A DNA stretch of 64,000 bases from Escherichia coli (GTDB lineage: Bacteria > Pseudomonadota > Gammaproteobacteria > Enterobacterales > Enterobacteriaceae), in assembly GCF_965641715.1 (NCBI RefSeq), contig NZ_OZ282453.1; one strand, given 5' to 3'. The first letter of the stretch is position 1. Every line of letters begins with the position of its first letter. The position numbers were made by a program, and so were the translations under genes. This document shows, one piece after another, positions 63,354 to 64,000 of this stretch. The notes under the pieces were generated by a model. That model ran no database searches. It had not been told where the DNA came from and was given only the letters and a program-made list of their open reading frames with translations.

Positions 63354-63373
<20 letters not shown>

Positions 63374-63995
63374 CTTTACCTGACCAGATAATTTCGCCCG
63401 TCTGCACCAGCATCAGCTGCATTTGTAGGGTCGGAGCGTTAACGTTGCCAGAGGCGCTGGAGTACAGCACGTAATGAGCGCCGACATTACGGGCAATGCC
63501 TATGGCTTTACTACGGGTACCTAAACTGTCCTGCGGCGACAAACCTAACTGTTGCTTAGCCATCGACAGCTGCTGGGCGGAAACCAGGGTAAATTTACCG
63601 TTATTAGCCAGCGCATTTCGCAGCGTTTCGGTCGCTTCTGCGGCATTCAGCGAACCGTTAGTACGGTTGTTAACGCTATCAACCAGCAGGACGCTACCCG
63701 CAGTCACACCGTCAGCCCCAAGCATCTTACTGACCATCGGCTGCATTGCGCCATTCCAGTCATAATGGCGAATATGCGGCGCAGGCGGTGCAGTTTGATC
63801 TTCGTGCTCAATTGGGCCTGGCTGCTGCGGGATCGTCGGCACCGAGGGCACTGTGGGGACAGGCTGTTGTGGCTCGGCTGGTTGTTCCGGCGCTGGTTTC
63901 ACTTCTTCTACCGGTGCAGGTTCACGTTGCCCCACACACCCGGCGAGAAACATCGCCAGCGCGGTAATCAAGGCGTAGCGACTCATTTTTGTCAT
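63354..63995 (-). CDS. lpoB: Penicillin-binding protein activator LpoB (YcfM)
   Basis: 213 aa lipoprotein from [20 protein letters not shown]; Pro-rich linker. Confidence 0.85.
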
Positions 63996-64000
63996 CAAGA

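Overview
Two nested mobile elements followed by ordinary E. coli chromosome. (1) 1..~44290: the right-hand ~44 kb of a lambdoid prophage whose late/pR-type genes lie on the minus strand (tape measure, G/T chaperones, major tail, HK97-type head genes, lysis cassette, tRNA-Ile2 + tRNA-Arg, Q-like gene, rusA, hok, nin-region ORFs, O-like initiator with internal iterons, cII/cro-like) and whose cI/pL-type genes lie on the plus strand (cI, ydfC-like, DicF sRNA, dicB, ydfD, RecE-like exonuclease, xis, int). It ends immediately upstream of potC, so potAB are not in the window. (2) ~9189..24252: a ~15 kb satellite nested inside that prophage, with a P4-type integrase, two AlpA-like genes, a Bro-N protein, a primase/helicase flanked by GCGGGTTAT iterons, a ProQ/FinO-domain protein and a full HK97-type capsid and packaging module but no tail genes (capsid-forming PICI-like). 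It is inserted in-frame inside the prophage terminase large-subunit gene; the two terL fragments (24253..25273 and 8459..9184) flank it with a 7-bp direct repeat, so precise excision would restore terL. This is the most interesting feature of the window. (3) 44292..64000: conserved core genes potC, potD, cobB, nagK, lolE, lolD, lolC, ycfT, mfd, ldtC, bhsA, comR, ycfJ, ndh, ycfP, nagZ, thiK, lpoB with REP elements. All identifications rest on motif recognition and gene order from memory; no database search or HMM was run. CDS coordinates come from the ORF track by codon arithmetic; coordinates of non-coding features are approximate (a few nt).
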